Virus record (IMG/VR): IMGVR_UViG_3300042261_002385
Span: 310,001-374,000 of that record
Direction: 5' to 3' (one strand)
DNA length: 64,000 bases
Shown: piece after piece, positions 37,092-46,167 of the stretch
Position numbering within the stretch: position 1 is the stretch's first letter
Layout of the letters: each line of letters begins with the position of its first letter
Position numbers and translations under genes: made by a program
Notes under the pieces: model-generated
Told to the model about the DNA's origin: nothing
What the model saw: the letters and a program-made list of their open reading frames with translations, nothing else
Databases searched by the model: none

Positions 37092-38465
37092 ATGAAGAAA
37101 TACTCTGATAAATTTCTAAACCAGTCTCAAAAACTTAAGAACGCAGTAGTTGGTTTTGAGTTCGAGTTCTATATGAGAGACCTTTCTTATTATAAGACTT
37201 TAGAGTTACTGAATCAAGAACTTAAACCAATAAAAGTATGGGGATTTAGACAATACCACTCAGACTTTATGCCTGATGCCGAAAACTTCAAAATAGAACC
37301 TGACCTTTCTGGTGGATCAAACATGGTAGAATTAGTTACTGGTCCGATGGATTTTTATGATGCCAAATATTTTCTAATCAAAATCATCAATTTCATACAA
37401 ACTCATGGATATACTAATGAAAAGTCATCTATTCACTTCAATATATCTTTCAAAGATAAAGATTTAAATGACCTAAATCCACTAAAACTAATCTTAAACA
37501 TTGATGAAGATGAAATTTATAGAACTTATCCATCAAGAAAGGGTAATATTTATGCAAAAACTGTAAAAAAAATAATACCTTTCAAAGAATATGATTTCTT
37601 CAATATACCAATTATGGTTGTAAAAAACAATATGAGACTACCAGCTGATAAATATTACGGTATAAACTTTCTACATGTTAACGATAATAAGGAGTCTCAA
37701 AGACTTGAGTTTAGATATATTGGAGGTAAAGACTATGAAAAAAACTCAGGTCAACTAATTTACTTCTTAGAAAGATTTATTATCGATTCTTATGATTCAA
37801 TTGACGCAGATTTTGATCACGAAGATGCTAATAAATTAGAAGAGTATCTTACCAACAACATTAAAAACTACAAAAACCTTTCAAAATATGACAATTTTAT
37901 TGTCGATTTTCCTACTATTCAAATACAAATCGACCAAAACTCACAATATGATGTAGTATCAACATACTATAGTAAAATTTACACAAGAATATTCAATTTA
38001 ATTGACTCAACACAATATTTAAAAGAGTGTATTATAAACTATGTAACTTCGACTCAGACTTTAGAAGTTGTGGATGGTTATGTAAAAACAACAACAACGA
38101 TAAAAAACTTAGACTTTGTAAATTCTAAAATCGAAGGAATATTCGAAGATTGTTTGTTCTTAGGTTGTGAAATAATCAGATCACAGTGTATTAAATCTAA
38201 ACTATTACAGTCAGATGCCGATGACTCAAAAATTCTTAATTGTAGAGTAGACCAGTCAACTTTGAGTAATTGTTACTTTATGGATGGTTATCTAAACGGT
38301 GATATGTATGGTGGTGTATTCCGTTCAGGAAAACTTGGACCATACGCAACTATGGACTCAGAAGTTAAAATTGTCACTGATAACAATAACTTCTTTGATA
38401 CTAAATACGAAGATGAAACTAAAGGAGATAAGAAAGGAGTTATCACTGGTTTTGGTAAGAAATAA
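37092..38465 (+). CDS. Putative amidoligase (COOH-NH2 ligase / glutamate-cysteine-ligase fold)
   Basis: GFEFEF, IEPDLSGG...ELVTGP, SIHFNIS, KYYGINF, RLEFRYIGG. Confidence 0.78.
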   Translation: MKKYSDKFLNQSQKLKNAVVGFEFEFYMRDLSYYKTLELLNQELKPIKVWGFRQYHSDFMPDAENFKIEPDLSGGSNMVELVTGPMDFYDAKYFLIKIINFIQTHGYTNEKSSIHFNISFKDKDLNDLNPLKLILNIDEDEIYRTYPSRKGNIYAKTVKKIIPFKEYDFFNIPIMVVKNNMRLPADKYYGINFLHVNDNKESQRLEFRYIGGKDYEKNSGQLIYFLERFIIDSYDSIDADFDHEDANKLEEYLTNNIKNYKNLSKYDNFIVDFPTIQIQIDQNSQYDVVSTYYSKIYTRIFNLIDSTQYLKECIINYVTSTQTLEVVDGYVKTTTTIKNLDFVNSKIEGIFEDCLFLGCEIIRSQCIKSKLLQSDADDSKILNCRVDQSTLSNCYFMDGYLNGDMYGGVFRSGKLGPYATMDSEVKIVTDNNNFFDTKYEDETKGDKKGVITGFGKK

Positions 38466-38479
38466 ATAATATATAAATT

Positions 38480-40705
38480 ATGAATATAATAGATTATAAA
38501 CTGTTTTCAGAACTCCAAAGAGATGAACCAATTAATGAAGAAGTTGGTTTAAGAAACCTTAAGAAGATTGCCAAAAGTTTAGATACAATCGACCAAGCAC
38601 TTGTCGGAACTAAAAGATTAGAGATAAATCCATCTTCAAAAGCGAGTATGAATGATATATCAAATGTTGTAAGTGGAAATAGAAAGTGCGAAATTTATTT
38701 TCACAAAGACTTAGACGGAGTTACATCAGCTCTTGCTATGAAGCAAGTTCTTATGAGTCAATATCAAATTGAATGTGTTGATTGTCATATAATTCAGTAT
38801 GGTGGCTTAGAATTTGCAGTTCAAAAACCTAAACCAGGAAACTTGGCAGTGTTAGTAGATTTTGCCCATTCAAAACCAATGTTTACAATTGCCACAGATC
38901 ATCACCAAGAACAAGTTGGCGCAGAAGACACATCATCAACATACTATAAACACTCAAGATCAAACGTTGAAACTATTTCTGGAGAAATTGCTAAACAAGA
39001 AATTTTTCCACAAAGAGACATTGAATTTATCCAAACAATAGATTCAGCTAACTTTTTTAAATACGGTGTTACACCAGATGAAGTTCAAAACTCAATTTTT
39101 AAATTAGATAAATCGATGCCTATCGATAAATTGAAGTTTATGATGGGATTCGTTACTAATAGATTATTATTAGCATATAAGAACAAACCAATTACTGTAA
39201 AGTCTAAAGATGGAAAAAGAAATCACATTAATAAAAATATTTTAGAATGTTTAGTTTTAGATAGTAATCCAAATCTTTACTCAATGTATAATAACCTACT
39301 TCATTATATGAATACGGCAGTGACCAGTGATAAATTAGGTAGATTAGCTACACCTGAAGAAGTCGCTCAAAACTTAGCCGATTATATTCAAACAATGAAG
39401 TCATATGATAAAAAAGAGTGGGATGATGACTATAAAATATTGAGACAATATGGTGGTGGATCGATGTTTAAACCAGGTTCATATGACAGATATGTTGTAT
39501 TCAAGAATAATCCAGAGACTGAATTTTTCGCCATCACCTGGCCTATGGGTCTAATACAAGTATCGTGTAATCCATTTGAACAGAAAAGACTACCTGATGT
39601 CAATTTAGGAGAAATAGCTAAAGAAGTTTTATCTAAATTTGAGCCAAAATTCAATAAATACTTTATCTCATTAAAGGCTATAAAAGAAGTATATGAAACT
39701 TCACAAGATTGGAAAAATCAACAAAAGATAAAAGGTGAAGAATTTTCAGGAATCGGATTCAAATTTTCAGATTTAGCGGCCTTTTACATTGATTGTATTT
39801 ATCAAAAAGATAATGTTAAGGTATCAAATATTTTGACAAAAGTGCTTGAAATAGATTTCAGAGCGAATTCTGACAATTATGAAGATATTGACGTAATTAT
39901 CGATTTTAATGGAACTAAATATCAATTTAAAACTACTGATATTGATTTAATTAAAGAATTTATTAGTATTTGTGGAGAATTCGGTTTAAATGCTGAAAAT
40001 AAACTTTTGGATTTTAAACAAAACAATCAATTTGAAGAAACTGAACCATTTATAAGTGACATTTCAAAAAAACAAATCGAAGGAGCAAAAAATAACATTA
40101 CAAACTTACTCAAATCAGATGGATTCTTAGGAAATGGAATTGTATCAAAAAGAGATAAAATTACAGTATTTGAAGGTCTACCTGATAGTAGATTAAAAGA
40201 AGCAATGGACGCAAACTATGAAGATTTAGATGAGGAACAACTTAAATATCTAAGCGGACTTAAAATTCCAGTTTGGGAACTTATTATAAGAAACTCAGGC
40301 GGTCACCCTTCTATAACAAATATATCTGGTCTTAACTTTTTAGCTTATAATAGAGCTGCTATGGAAGTTGGATACAAAACCACTAAATATACAGACATTA
40401 TGAAAATGATTGTTGATGAGTTTATTGTATCACTAAAACAAAAAATTGATTTAGCTAGAGAAGGAAAGTCAGTTACCTATGACACAAAAGGAGTTGAATT
40501 ATTAGGTCAAGATATTAATGAAAATTTTACTTACCAATTAGTTGATAAAGCTACTGGTCAAGCTAAACAAGTCACAAAAGACGAGTTTTTAAAAGCCGGT
40601 TCTGAAACAGGAATGAGAAGATCTAAAAAGAGTTCAATAGTTTATGATAATAAAAATAAAAAAGTTATTGCAAAATTTGAATCTTTTAATAATTCAAAAC
40701 TGTAA
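38480..40705 (+). CDS. DHH-family phosphoesterase, large
   Basis: YFHKDLDGVTSA, LVDFAH, ATDHH motifs; C-terminal GGH (NSGGHP) as in DHHA1. Confidence 0.78.
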   Translation: MNIIDYKLFSELQRDEPINEEVGLRNLKKIAKSLDTIDQALVGTKRLEINPSSKASMNDISNVVSGNRKCEIYFHKDLDGVTSALAMKQVLMSQYQIECVDCHIIQYGGLEFAVQKPKPGNLAVLVDFAHSKPMFTIATDHHQEQVGAEDTSSTYYKHSRSNVETISGEIAKQEIFPQRDIEFIQTIDSANFFKYGVTPDEVQNSIFKLDKSMPIDKLKFMMGFVTNRLLLAYKNKPITVKSKDGKRNHINKNILECLVLDSNPNLYSMYNNLLHYMNTAVTSDKLGRLATPEEVAQNLADYIQTMKSYDKKEWDDDYKILRQYGGGSMFKPGSYDRYVVFKNNPETEFFAITWPMGLIQVSCNPFEQKRLPDVNLGEIAKEVLSKFEPKFNKYFISLKAIKEVYETSQDWKNQQKIKGEEFSGIGFKFSDLAAFYIDCIYQKDNVKVSNILTKVLEIDFRANSDNYEDIDVIIDFNGTKYQFKTTDIDLIKEFISICGEFGLNAENKLLDFKQNNQFEETEPFISDISKKQIEGAKNNITNLLKSDGFLGNGIVSKRDKITVFEGLPDSRLKEAMDANYEDLDEEQLKYLSGLKIPVWELIIRNSGGHPSITNISGLNFLAYNRAAMEVGYKTTKYTDIMKMIVDEFIVSLKQKIDLAREGKSVTYDTKGVELLGQDINENFTYQLVDKATGQAKQVTKDEFLKAGSETGMRRSKKSSIVYDNKNKKVIAKFESFNNSKL

Positions 40706-41078
40706 TTTCGATTTCTTGTTTTAATTCATCACCATTTAAAACAGCTTCTATTCTATTATCTCTTGTAATAGACTTGTCATACTTAAGAATTATGGTATCA
40801 GACGGTGCAAATAAATCAAGATAAACTTCAATGTCATTTATTGAGCCCATATGTCTTAAAAGATTTTCTTTCATTAAATTTTCAATTTTAGAAAACTTAA
40901 AAGAATCATTTGATTCTAACAAATTATAAATAGACATAGGAACAATCATAAAGTTCTGACCTGTCTTAATTCTTTGCAAATTAATTTCTTTCATCAACTT
41001 GTTTGATTTTATTTTCAACATCTCGTAAGTAGTCTCAACAAAACCTAATCTCTCATCTTTATGTAAATCAATTATCAT
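40686..41078 (-). CDS. Hypothetical protein resembling a fragment of the gp23 major capsid protein; RDNRIEAVL motif
   Basis: GQNFMIVPMSIYNLLES...HMGSINDIEVYLDLFAPSDTIILKY parallels the gp23 GNFIxxS...GxL.GxxxVYxDxYAxxDYxxxGYK segment. Confidence 0.5.
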   Translation of the reverse strand: MIIDLHKDERLGFVETTYEMLKIKSNKLMKEINLQRIKTGQNFMIVPMSIYNLLESNDSFKFSKIENLMKENLLRHMGSINDIEVYLDLFAPSDTIILKYDKSITRDNRIEAVLNGDELKQEIEITVLNY

Positions 41079-41745
41079 TTAGTATAGAATTTATTTTGTC
41101 TTCTCTTAGCTTCTGGGTATTTACCACTCTCACTTTATAAACGTTATAGTCACAATCGTATACAGGAATTTTGATTTGATGTTCATTCATTGAAAAAGAT
41201 TTATTGATGCTATAATCAATATTCTGTAGTGACCAGACCATACTTTGAATTGGTTTATCAACAATATAAAAATGGCAATCATCTACGGTATCCTCAATAA
41301 CTGGACAGAAAAAACATGACACGTCAACTCCGAATGACATCATTTTGAATTGTCTTGTGAAGTATGTAGGTAAAAATGTGTGACCGTCTTCCGGTTCTTT
41401 GAAAATATTATTACCACCAAGATTTAAATTACTATTTGAATTATTTGAAAAGAAAAGTATTTTAGGATTAAATCCATTCACATATAATTTGTCTATAACT
41501 TGATAAGCATCTACAAAGTTATTTCTATGTATTATAATATCTTTTGATTTTTCAAACATTTTTTTTATTGACAAATTGTAAATCTCTATCATCAATTTAC
41601 TAAACAAATCAGCTGAAAAAGATGAGTGTTGTTTTTTTTCAGATAATCTTAAATTTGTTGAACTAATAATATCACCAGAGTAGATAAACTCTACCGACTG
41701 TAGATAATCTTCTAAAGATTTCTTATAATTTTCAAACTGATTCAT
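41068..41745 (-). CDS. Hypothetical protein ending LREDKINSILN
   Basis: 225-aa ORF with an AAC-N16-GATA promoter upstream. Confidence 0.72.
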   Translation of the reverse strand: MNQFENYKKSLEDYLQSVEFIYSGDIISSTNLRLSEKKQHSSFSADLFSKLMIEIYNLSIKKMFEKSKDIIIHRNNFVDAYQVIDKLYVNGFNPKILFFSNNSNSNLNLGGNNIFKEPEDGHTFLPTYFTRQFKMMSFGVDVSCFFCPVIEDTVDDCHFYIVDKPIQSMVWSLQNIDYSINKSFSMNEHQIKIPVYDCDYNVYKVRVVNTQKLREDKINSILNDN

Positions 41746-41791
41746 TTGTGTTTTTTATCTTTTTATTTTAGAGAAGTTTATATATAGAACT

Positions 41792-42370
41792 ATGAAATGG
41801 ATTAAATTATATGAAGAATTTGACCAGGAGTTAACAGATTTAATAAATCTTTTAAAGAATCATGATATACCTTGTGATTTGTGGGGAACCGGAAAATCAA
41901 AAACCATAAACCACTTACTAGATGAGATAAAAAATAATGAATGTGAGCTTACAGAAATACATGGAACTCTCACAAGATTAATTGAATTTGTAGGTATAAA
42001 AATATTTTATACAGATAAAAAAGGAGAAAAGTGGTTTCTAAAGGAAGATAGACAAGAATTCAAAGACGGTAGAATTCGTAGAAGAAATATGCCTAACTCA
42101 GTATCTGAAAAAATGGTATCAGGAGAAGATCCACTTATCGCAGCGATTAGAGGTATTAGAGAAGAACTTGGTGTAAAAGTTTACGGACATCAACTAAGAA
42201 AAAGAAGAGATTTACACTACGATGGAGGTTCTTTATCTTATCCAGGTTTAGATACAAAATACAAAGGTCATAAGTTTATATGTGAAATTGACGACACTCA
42301 ATTTGAACCAAACGGATATGTTGAAGTTCAACCAGATAAAAAAACCTTTTTTATTTGGAATAAGATATAA
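41792..42370 (+). CDS. Nudix-like hydrolase with CTS-like N-terminus
   Basis: Variant Nudix box EKMVSGEDPLIAAIRGIREELGV; starts MKWIKLYEEF. Confidence 0.65.
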   Translation: MKWIKLYEEFDQELTDLINLLKNHDIPCDLWGTGKSKTINHLLDEIKNNECELTEIHGTLTRLIEFVGIKIFYTDKKGEKWFLKEDRQEFKDGRIRRRNMPNSVSEKMVSGEDPLIAAIRGIREELGVKVYGHQLRKRRDLHYDGGSLSYPGLDTKYKGHKFICEIDDTQFEPNGYVEVQPDKKTFFIWNKI

Positions 42371-42423
42371 AAAATCAAAACAAAATTTAATCATATCACT
42401 ATAATAAAAAAATATTTATTATT

Positions 42424-42840
42424 ATGATTGAAAATGGCACAATAGTCAATGTGCATTACACTGGTAAACTGACCGACGGTAGTGTTTTTGACTCATCAGA
42501 AGGTAGAGGAACTCTACGTTTTGAAATCGGATCTGGTCAAATTATCCCAGGATTTGAAAACGCTCTTATGGGTAAAAAAGTAGGAGATAAAGTTACTGTA
42601 AATATTCAACCAGAACAAGCATACGGTCCTATTATTGAAGAACTTGTCGTTAATGTTCCTCTTGATAGACTACCTGAAAATCTTGAAATGGGTCAGGTCT
42701 TAGAAGCAACTTTAGAGAACGGACAATCTACCAATGTGACCGTAGTTAATATTTCTGAAGAACACGCAACTATCGACGGTAATCATCCACTAGCTGGTCA
42801 AGAGTTAGTGTTTGATATCGAAGTAGTTTCTTTAGGATAA
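42424..42840 (+). CDS. FKBP-type peptidyl-prolyl isomerase (SlyD-like, no His-rich tail)
   Basis: VNVHYTGKLTDGSVFDSSEGR..L.F..G.GQIIPGFE...PEQAYG...DGNHPLAGQELVFDIEVV. Confidence 0.95.
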   Translation: MIENGTIVNVHYTGKLTDGSVFDSSEGRGTLRFEIGSGQIIPGFENALMGKKVGDKVTVNIQPEQAYGPIIEELVVNVPLDRLPENLEMGQVLEATLENGQSTNVTVVNISEEHATIDGNHPLAGQELVFDIEVVSLG

Positions 42841-42987
42841 TTATCTACCCTGTCCTCTGTAAGCTTTTTTATAATTTTTAGAAAACTTACTTTTGGAGTT
42901 TTTCTTTTTAGAGTGAACACCTGGTCTTTTTTTATGAGGCCTTGCAATGTGAACTCTGACGCTTGAAGTAGTGGATTTTTTAGCCAT
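42841..42987 (-). CDS. Small basic protein, 48 aa, ending YRGQGR (not in ORF track)
   Basis: MAKKSTTSSVRVHIARPHKKRPGVHSKKKNSKSKFSKNYKKAYRGQGR; fills the gap exactly; TATATA upstream. Confidence 0.75.
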   Translation of the reverse strand: MAKKSTTSSVRVHIARPHKKRPGVHSKKKNSKSKFSKNYKKAYRGQGR

Positions 42988-43034
42988 ATTTTATTTTAAT
43001 TTTTGTTTATATATAAAATAAAAATTGAAAAAAT

Positions 43035-43742
43035 ATGATTAAGAATTCACTACTTTTTTTTGTGCTTATAAGTAATGTAGTGTTTTCTCAACAAATAAAA
43101 ACCGATAATAGTCTGACTGGATTAATCTCAAATTCTACTTCATCACAATTAGGTTTAACATTTGTAGGTGAAAACTCATTTATAAGAAAAAATTGGGATA
43201 TAGCTTCAGTTACTAATTATACTTTGACTTTCTCACCTAACATTTCTGAAAATGAATTATTACAAAGGTTTAGTTACGATTTAAAAAAGGAAAATTGGGC
43301 AAATTTTACAAACTACCAATTTAATTACTCATATGTGAGAAAAATACAAGATAACTTAATTGGAATAGGAACAGGTTATAAAAAAGAGTTTAAATACATA
43401 AAGACCTCACTATCTTATGCTTTGATATTTCACCAGTCTAATTATTTCAATGGTGAATCAGATTATCTGTTTAGACACTCAATTAGATTAAAGTTTAGAT
43501 TAGAAAAAAAGAATTGGGAAATGATTTCGGAATATTATTTTCAACCAGATGTAGTAAACATAAGTGATAATATTATCTACGGAACAACTAAAATAAGTTT
43601 TTTCCCACAAAATAAATTAAATTTTACAGTTGGTGATATTTTTAACTGGAGAAGTCAAAGTAATGTTAAGATAATTCATAATTTGACGATAGGAGTTGGT
43701 TATAAGTTTCAAACTAATTTAAACAAAAAAAGAGAGAAATAA
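43035..43742 (+). CDS. Outer-membrane beta-barrel protein (DUF481-like)
   Basis: Signal peptide MIKNSLLFFVLISNVVFSQ; alternating amphipathic strands; last strand NLTIGVGYKF. Confidence 0.65.
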   Translation: MIKNSLLFFVLISNVVFSQQIKTDNSLTGLISNSTSSQLGLTFVGENSFIRKNWDIASVTNYTLTFSPNISENELLQRFSYDLKKENWANFTNYQFNYSYVRKIQDNLIGIGTGYKKEFKYIKTSLSYALIFHQSNYFNGESDYLFRHSIRLKFRLEKKNWEMISEYYFQPDVVNISDNIIYGTTKISFFPQNKLNFTVGDIFNWRSQSNVKIIHNLTIGVGYKFQTNLNKKREK

Positions 43743-43752
43743 TTCTCTCTCT
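43729..43752. terminator. Bidirectional terminator-like hairpin
   Basis: AAAAGAGAGAA-ATAA-TTCTCTCTTT between convergent genes. Confidence 0.6.
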
Positions 43753-43755
43753 TTA

Positions 43756-44103
43756 TTAGTATCCTGTATCGGTAGTATGAGTAGCTTCAAACCCTCCATA
43801 TCTAGTCCAAGTCTCATCAACTCTTCCGGATTCATGCCAACTATCTTCAAACTTCCAAGCTGAATTTGAGAATTCTGTCCACTCTGGTGACCAAATTTTA
43901 TCTAATTCACTCTGAGTTTCTTCGTCGATTTCTTCATAAATTTCTTCTAATTCATATTGATTTTGAGAAATATAATTAAGAAAATCCTCTTCAGTTTCTC
44001 CTTCAAAAGGAACTGATAGTGTTCTAAATTTTTCTGGGTCTAAGTTAGCTACCTCTGATGCCATACAAGAAGTATACCTTTCACATTTTCTAATCTGATA
44101 CAT
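43756..44103 (-). CDS. Acidic hypothetical protein
   Basis: 115-aa ORF in an operon with 44114..44320. Confidence 0.7.
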   Translation of the reverse strand: MYQIRKCERYTSCMASEVANLDPEKFRTLSVPFEGETEEDFLNYISQNQYELEEIYEEIDEETQSELDKIWSPEWTEFSNSAWKFEDSWHESGRVDETWTRYGGFEATHTTDTGY

Positions 44104-44113
44104 AACTCTTTAT

Positions 44114-44320
44114 TTATTCTTCGGTTTCTTCAATATCAAAATCATACATATCTTCATCAGTGATTTTATCCCACTCAAGATCTTGATTTCCCTGATAGTC
44201 TACTTCTTCGAAGAATCTTTCTTCATCGTTTTCAAAAAGCTCTGCTTCTTCATCTGTCAATTCTGCTGAGTATTTACAAATCGTTGTGTAAGACTCAAAC
44301 CATACTAATTTTTTTGCCAT
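44114..44320 (-). CDS. Small acidic hypothetical protein
   Basis: 68-aa ORF. Confidence 0.65.
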   Translation of the reverse strand: MAKKLVWFESYTTICKYSAELTDEEAELFENDEERFFEEVDYQGNQDLEWDKITDEDMYDFDIEETEE

Positions 44321-44374
44321 TGTGTTTAAATTTTAAAGTTAATAACTATAATATAATAGAAAATAAAAAAGTTT

Positions 44375-44938
44375 TTATTTTCCAATAAATTTCATCGGAT
44401 AATCATGATATACATCACCTTTACTAATCTTTTCTAATTTTGATTGAAGTAGTTTTTTTCTTAGTGAAGATGCTCTATCTATCCACATTCGACCTTCTAA
44501 ATGGTCATATTCATGTTGTAGAATTCTAGCTTTTATTCCTGTGAATTCTTTTTCCTGTAAATTCCAATCTTTGTCAAAGTAAGACATAATTATTTTAGAT
44601 GGTCTTCTAATCTCCTCAGAAATTCTTGGAAGTGATAAACACGCTTCGCGAAAAGACAGTTCTTCACCAAATTCTTCTTCGATTATAGGATTGATAAAAA
44701 CCTCTCTAAATTCTTCGAGATTTTGTTCTGGAAAATCCTCAGACATTAATTTAGTATCGACAACTATAATTCTTATATTTTTTCCTATTTGCGGAGCAGC
44801 TAATCCTACTCCTTTGGCTTTATCCATAGTCTCAAACATATCAGCAATAAGTTGTTCAAGACCGGAATAGTCTTTATCTATTTCTTCAGATTCTTTTCTA
44901 AGAACCGGTGTTCCGTAAGCATAAATTGGTAAAATCAT
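44375..44938 (-). CDS. def: Peptide deformylase
   Basis: GVGLAAPQIG, EACLS, QHEYDHLEG; Bacteroidota-like start MILPIYAYGTPVLRK. Confidence 0.95.
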   Translation of the reverse strand: MILPIYAYGTPVLRKESEEIDKDYSGLEQLIADMFETMDKAKGVGLAAPQIGKNIRIIVVDTKLMSEDFPEQNLEEFREVFINPIIEEEFGEELSFREACLSLPRISEEIRRPSKIIMSYFDKDWNLQEKEFTGIKARILQHEYDHLEGRMWIDRASSLRKKLLQSKLEKISKGDVYHDYPMKFIGK

Positions 44939-44976
44939 ACAATTATATGTATGATGTATCTAAAAGTTAGAAAATA

Positions 44977-45306
44977 TTACTTATTTCTTTCTTTTTTTAT
45001 ATCATTTAAGACTTGAATCGTCAATTCAAGTTCATACTTCTCTTTAGAAGTAAGCTTTTGTGAATATTCTTTAAGGTAAAATTCCCAAGAACAAAGATGA
45101 AATAATAAAGTAATCAAATAAGCGATTAAGGTATTATTAATAAAGAAAGGAACAATCAAGAATGCTCCCATACTGAAAGACCAAAAAAAGGCATTTGATG
45201 TAAAAAAAAGTAGAAACTTATGCAATGAAATATAAACAGACAGTTTAAAATCAGAGTAGTTCTGAGTAGTCTTTGATTCTAATTCTTTAATCTTGTGATA
45301 ATTCAT
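44977..45306 (-). CDS. Small two-TM membrane protein
   Basis: Two hydrophobic segments; TATATTTG promoter upstream. Confidence 0.65.
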   Translation of the reverse strand: MNYHKIKELESKTTQNYSDFKLSVYISLHKFLLFFTSNAFFWSFSMGAFLIVPFFINNTLIAYLITLLFHLCSWEFYLKEYSQKLTSKEKYELELTIQVLNDIKKERNK

Positions 45307-45414
45307 AGTGCTTGTTTTAAAGATTTTTATATTTACAAATATAATAAACTTTTTTAAAATATCAAAAAAGGAATTTTTTATTTAATATATAAGTTATAAA
45401 AAATAAAACAATTT

Positions 45415-46005
45415 ATGAAGTATATTGCTACTTATGAAAATTTTAATTATCAGCCAACTAACGAAGAGTTTATTGGTCTATTCAGCGCAAAAACTAGAAA
45501 TCAATACATCAAACAAGGTTTTGATAACGCAACTAAACTAATTGAGAGTGATAAAAATCTTCAAGATAAAATCATGAAAGCCTATGAATCACAATCTGCA
45601 AAACCTTCAGTTGAAGAAATGAAAGATGCGGTAGACATCGTAAGTGGAAGTGACGAAGCTCAAGTTCAAAGTTTAGAAAAAGAATTAAAAGCTGATCCTG
45701 TTACAAGTGGAGAAGCCCAGAATGAATCAACTGCCGAACCAAAGACTTTCATTCAGAAAGCTTTAGGAATTGTAAGTAAAATCTGGAAATTCGGAGTTAA
45801 TGTGGTTCATTTCATGGGAGCTTTAGCAATGATTCTTTTACCATTCACTTCGAAATTAGGAGCAACTGTAATTACATCAGGTGAAGCATCTGGAAATACA
45901 TCACTTTCTTGGTATGGTGGATTATTATTAGTTGGTGGTATTCTTTCAATGATGTATTTCATCTATAGAAGAGTAGCAGCTGCAGAAGATAAAAGAAATG
46001 CGTAA
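45415..46005 (+). CDS. Membrane protein with CTS-like N-terminus
   Basis: Starts MKYIATYENF; two C-terminal TM helices. Confidence 0.72.
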   Translation: MKYIATYENFNYQPTNEEFIGLFSAKTRNQYIKQGFDNATKLIESDKNLQDKIMKAYESQSAKPSVEEMKDAVDIVSGSDEAQVQSLEKELKADPVTSGEAQNESTAEPKTFIQKALGIVSKIWKFGVNVVHFMGALAMILLPFTSKLGATVITSGEASGNTSLSWYGGLLLVGGILSMMYFIYRRVAAAEDKRNA

Positions 46006-46026
46006 AAAGTAAAAAAATTATATTCT

Positions 46027-46058
46027 TAAGGAGAGACTTTTGTTTCTCCTTTTTTTTT
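46027..46058 (+). terminator. Intrinsic terminator
   Basis: AAGGAGA-GACTTTTGTT-TCTCCTT followed by a T-run. Confidence 0.65.
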
Positions 46059-46167
46059 GAAAAAAAATTCAAAAAAAGACAAAACAAAGTTATTTTTTCC
46101 GATATATACATACAGTGTGAAATTATTTTTGAACAGATTCATTTCTGTATCAAAAAAAAAATTTCTA

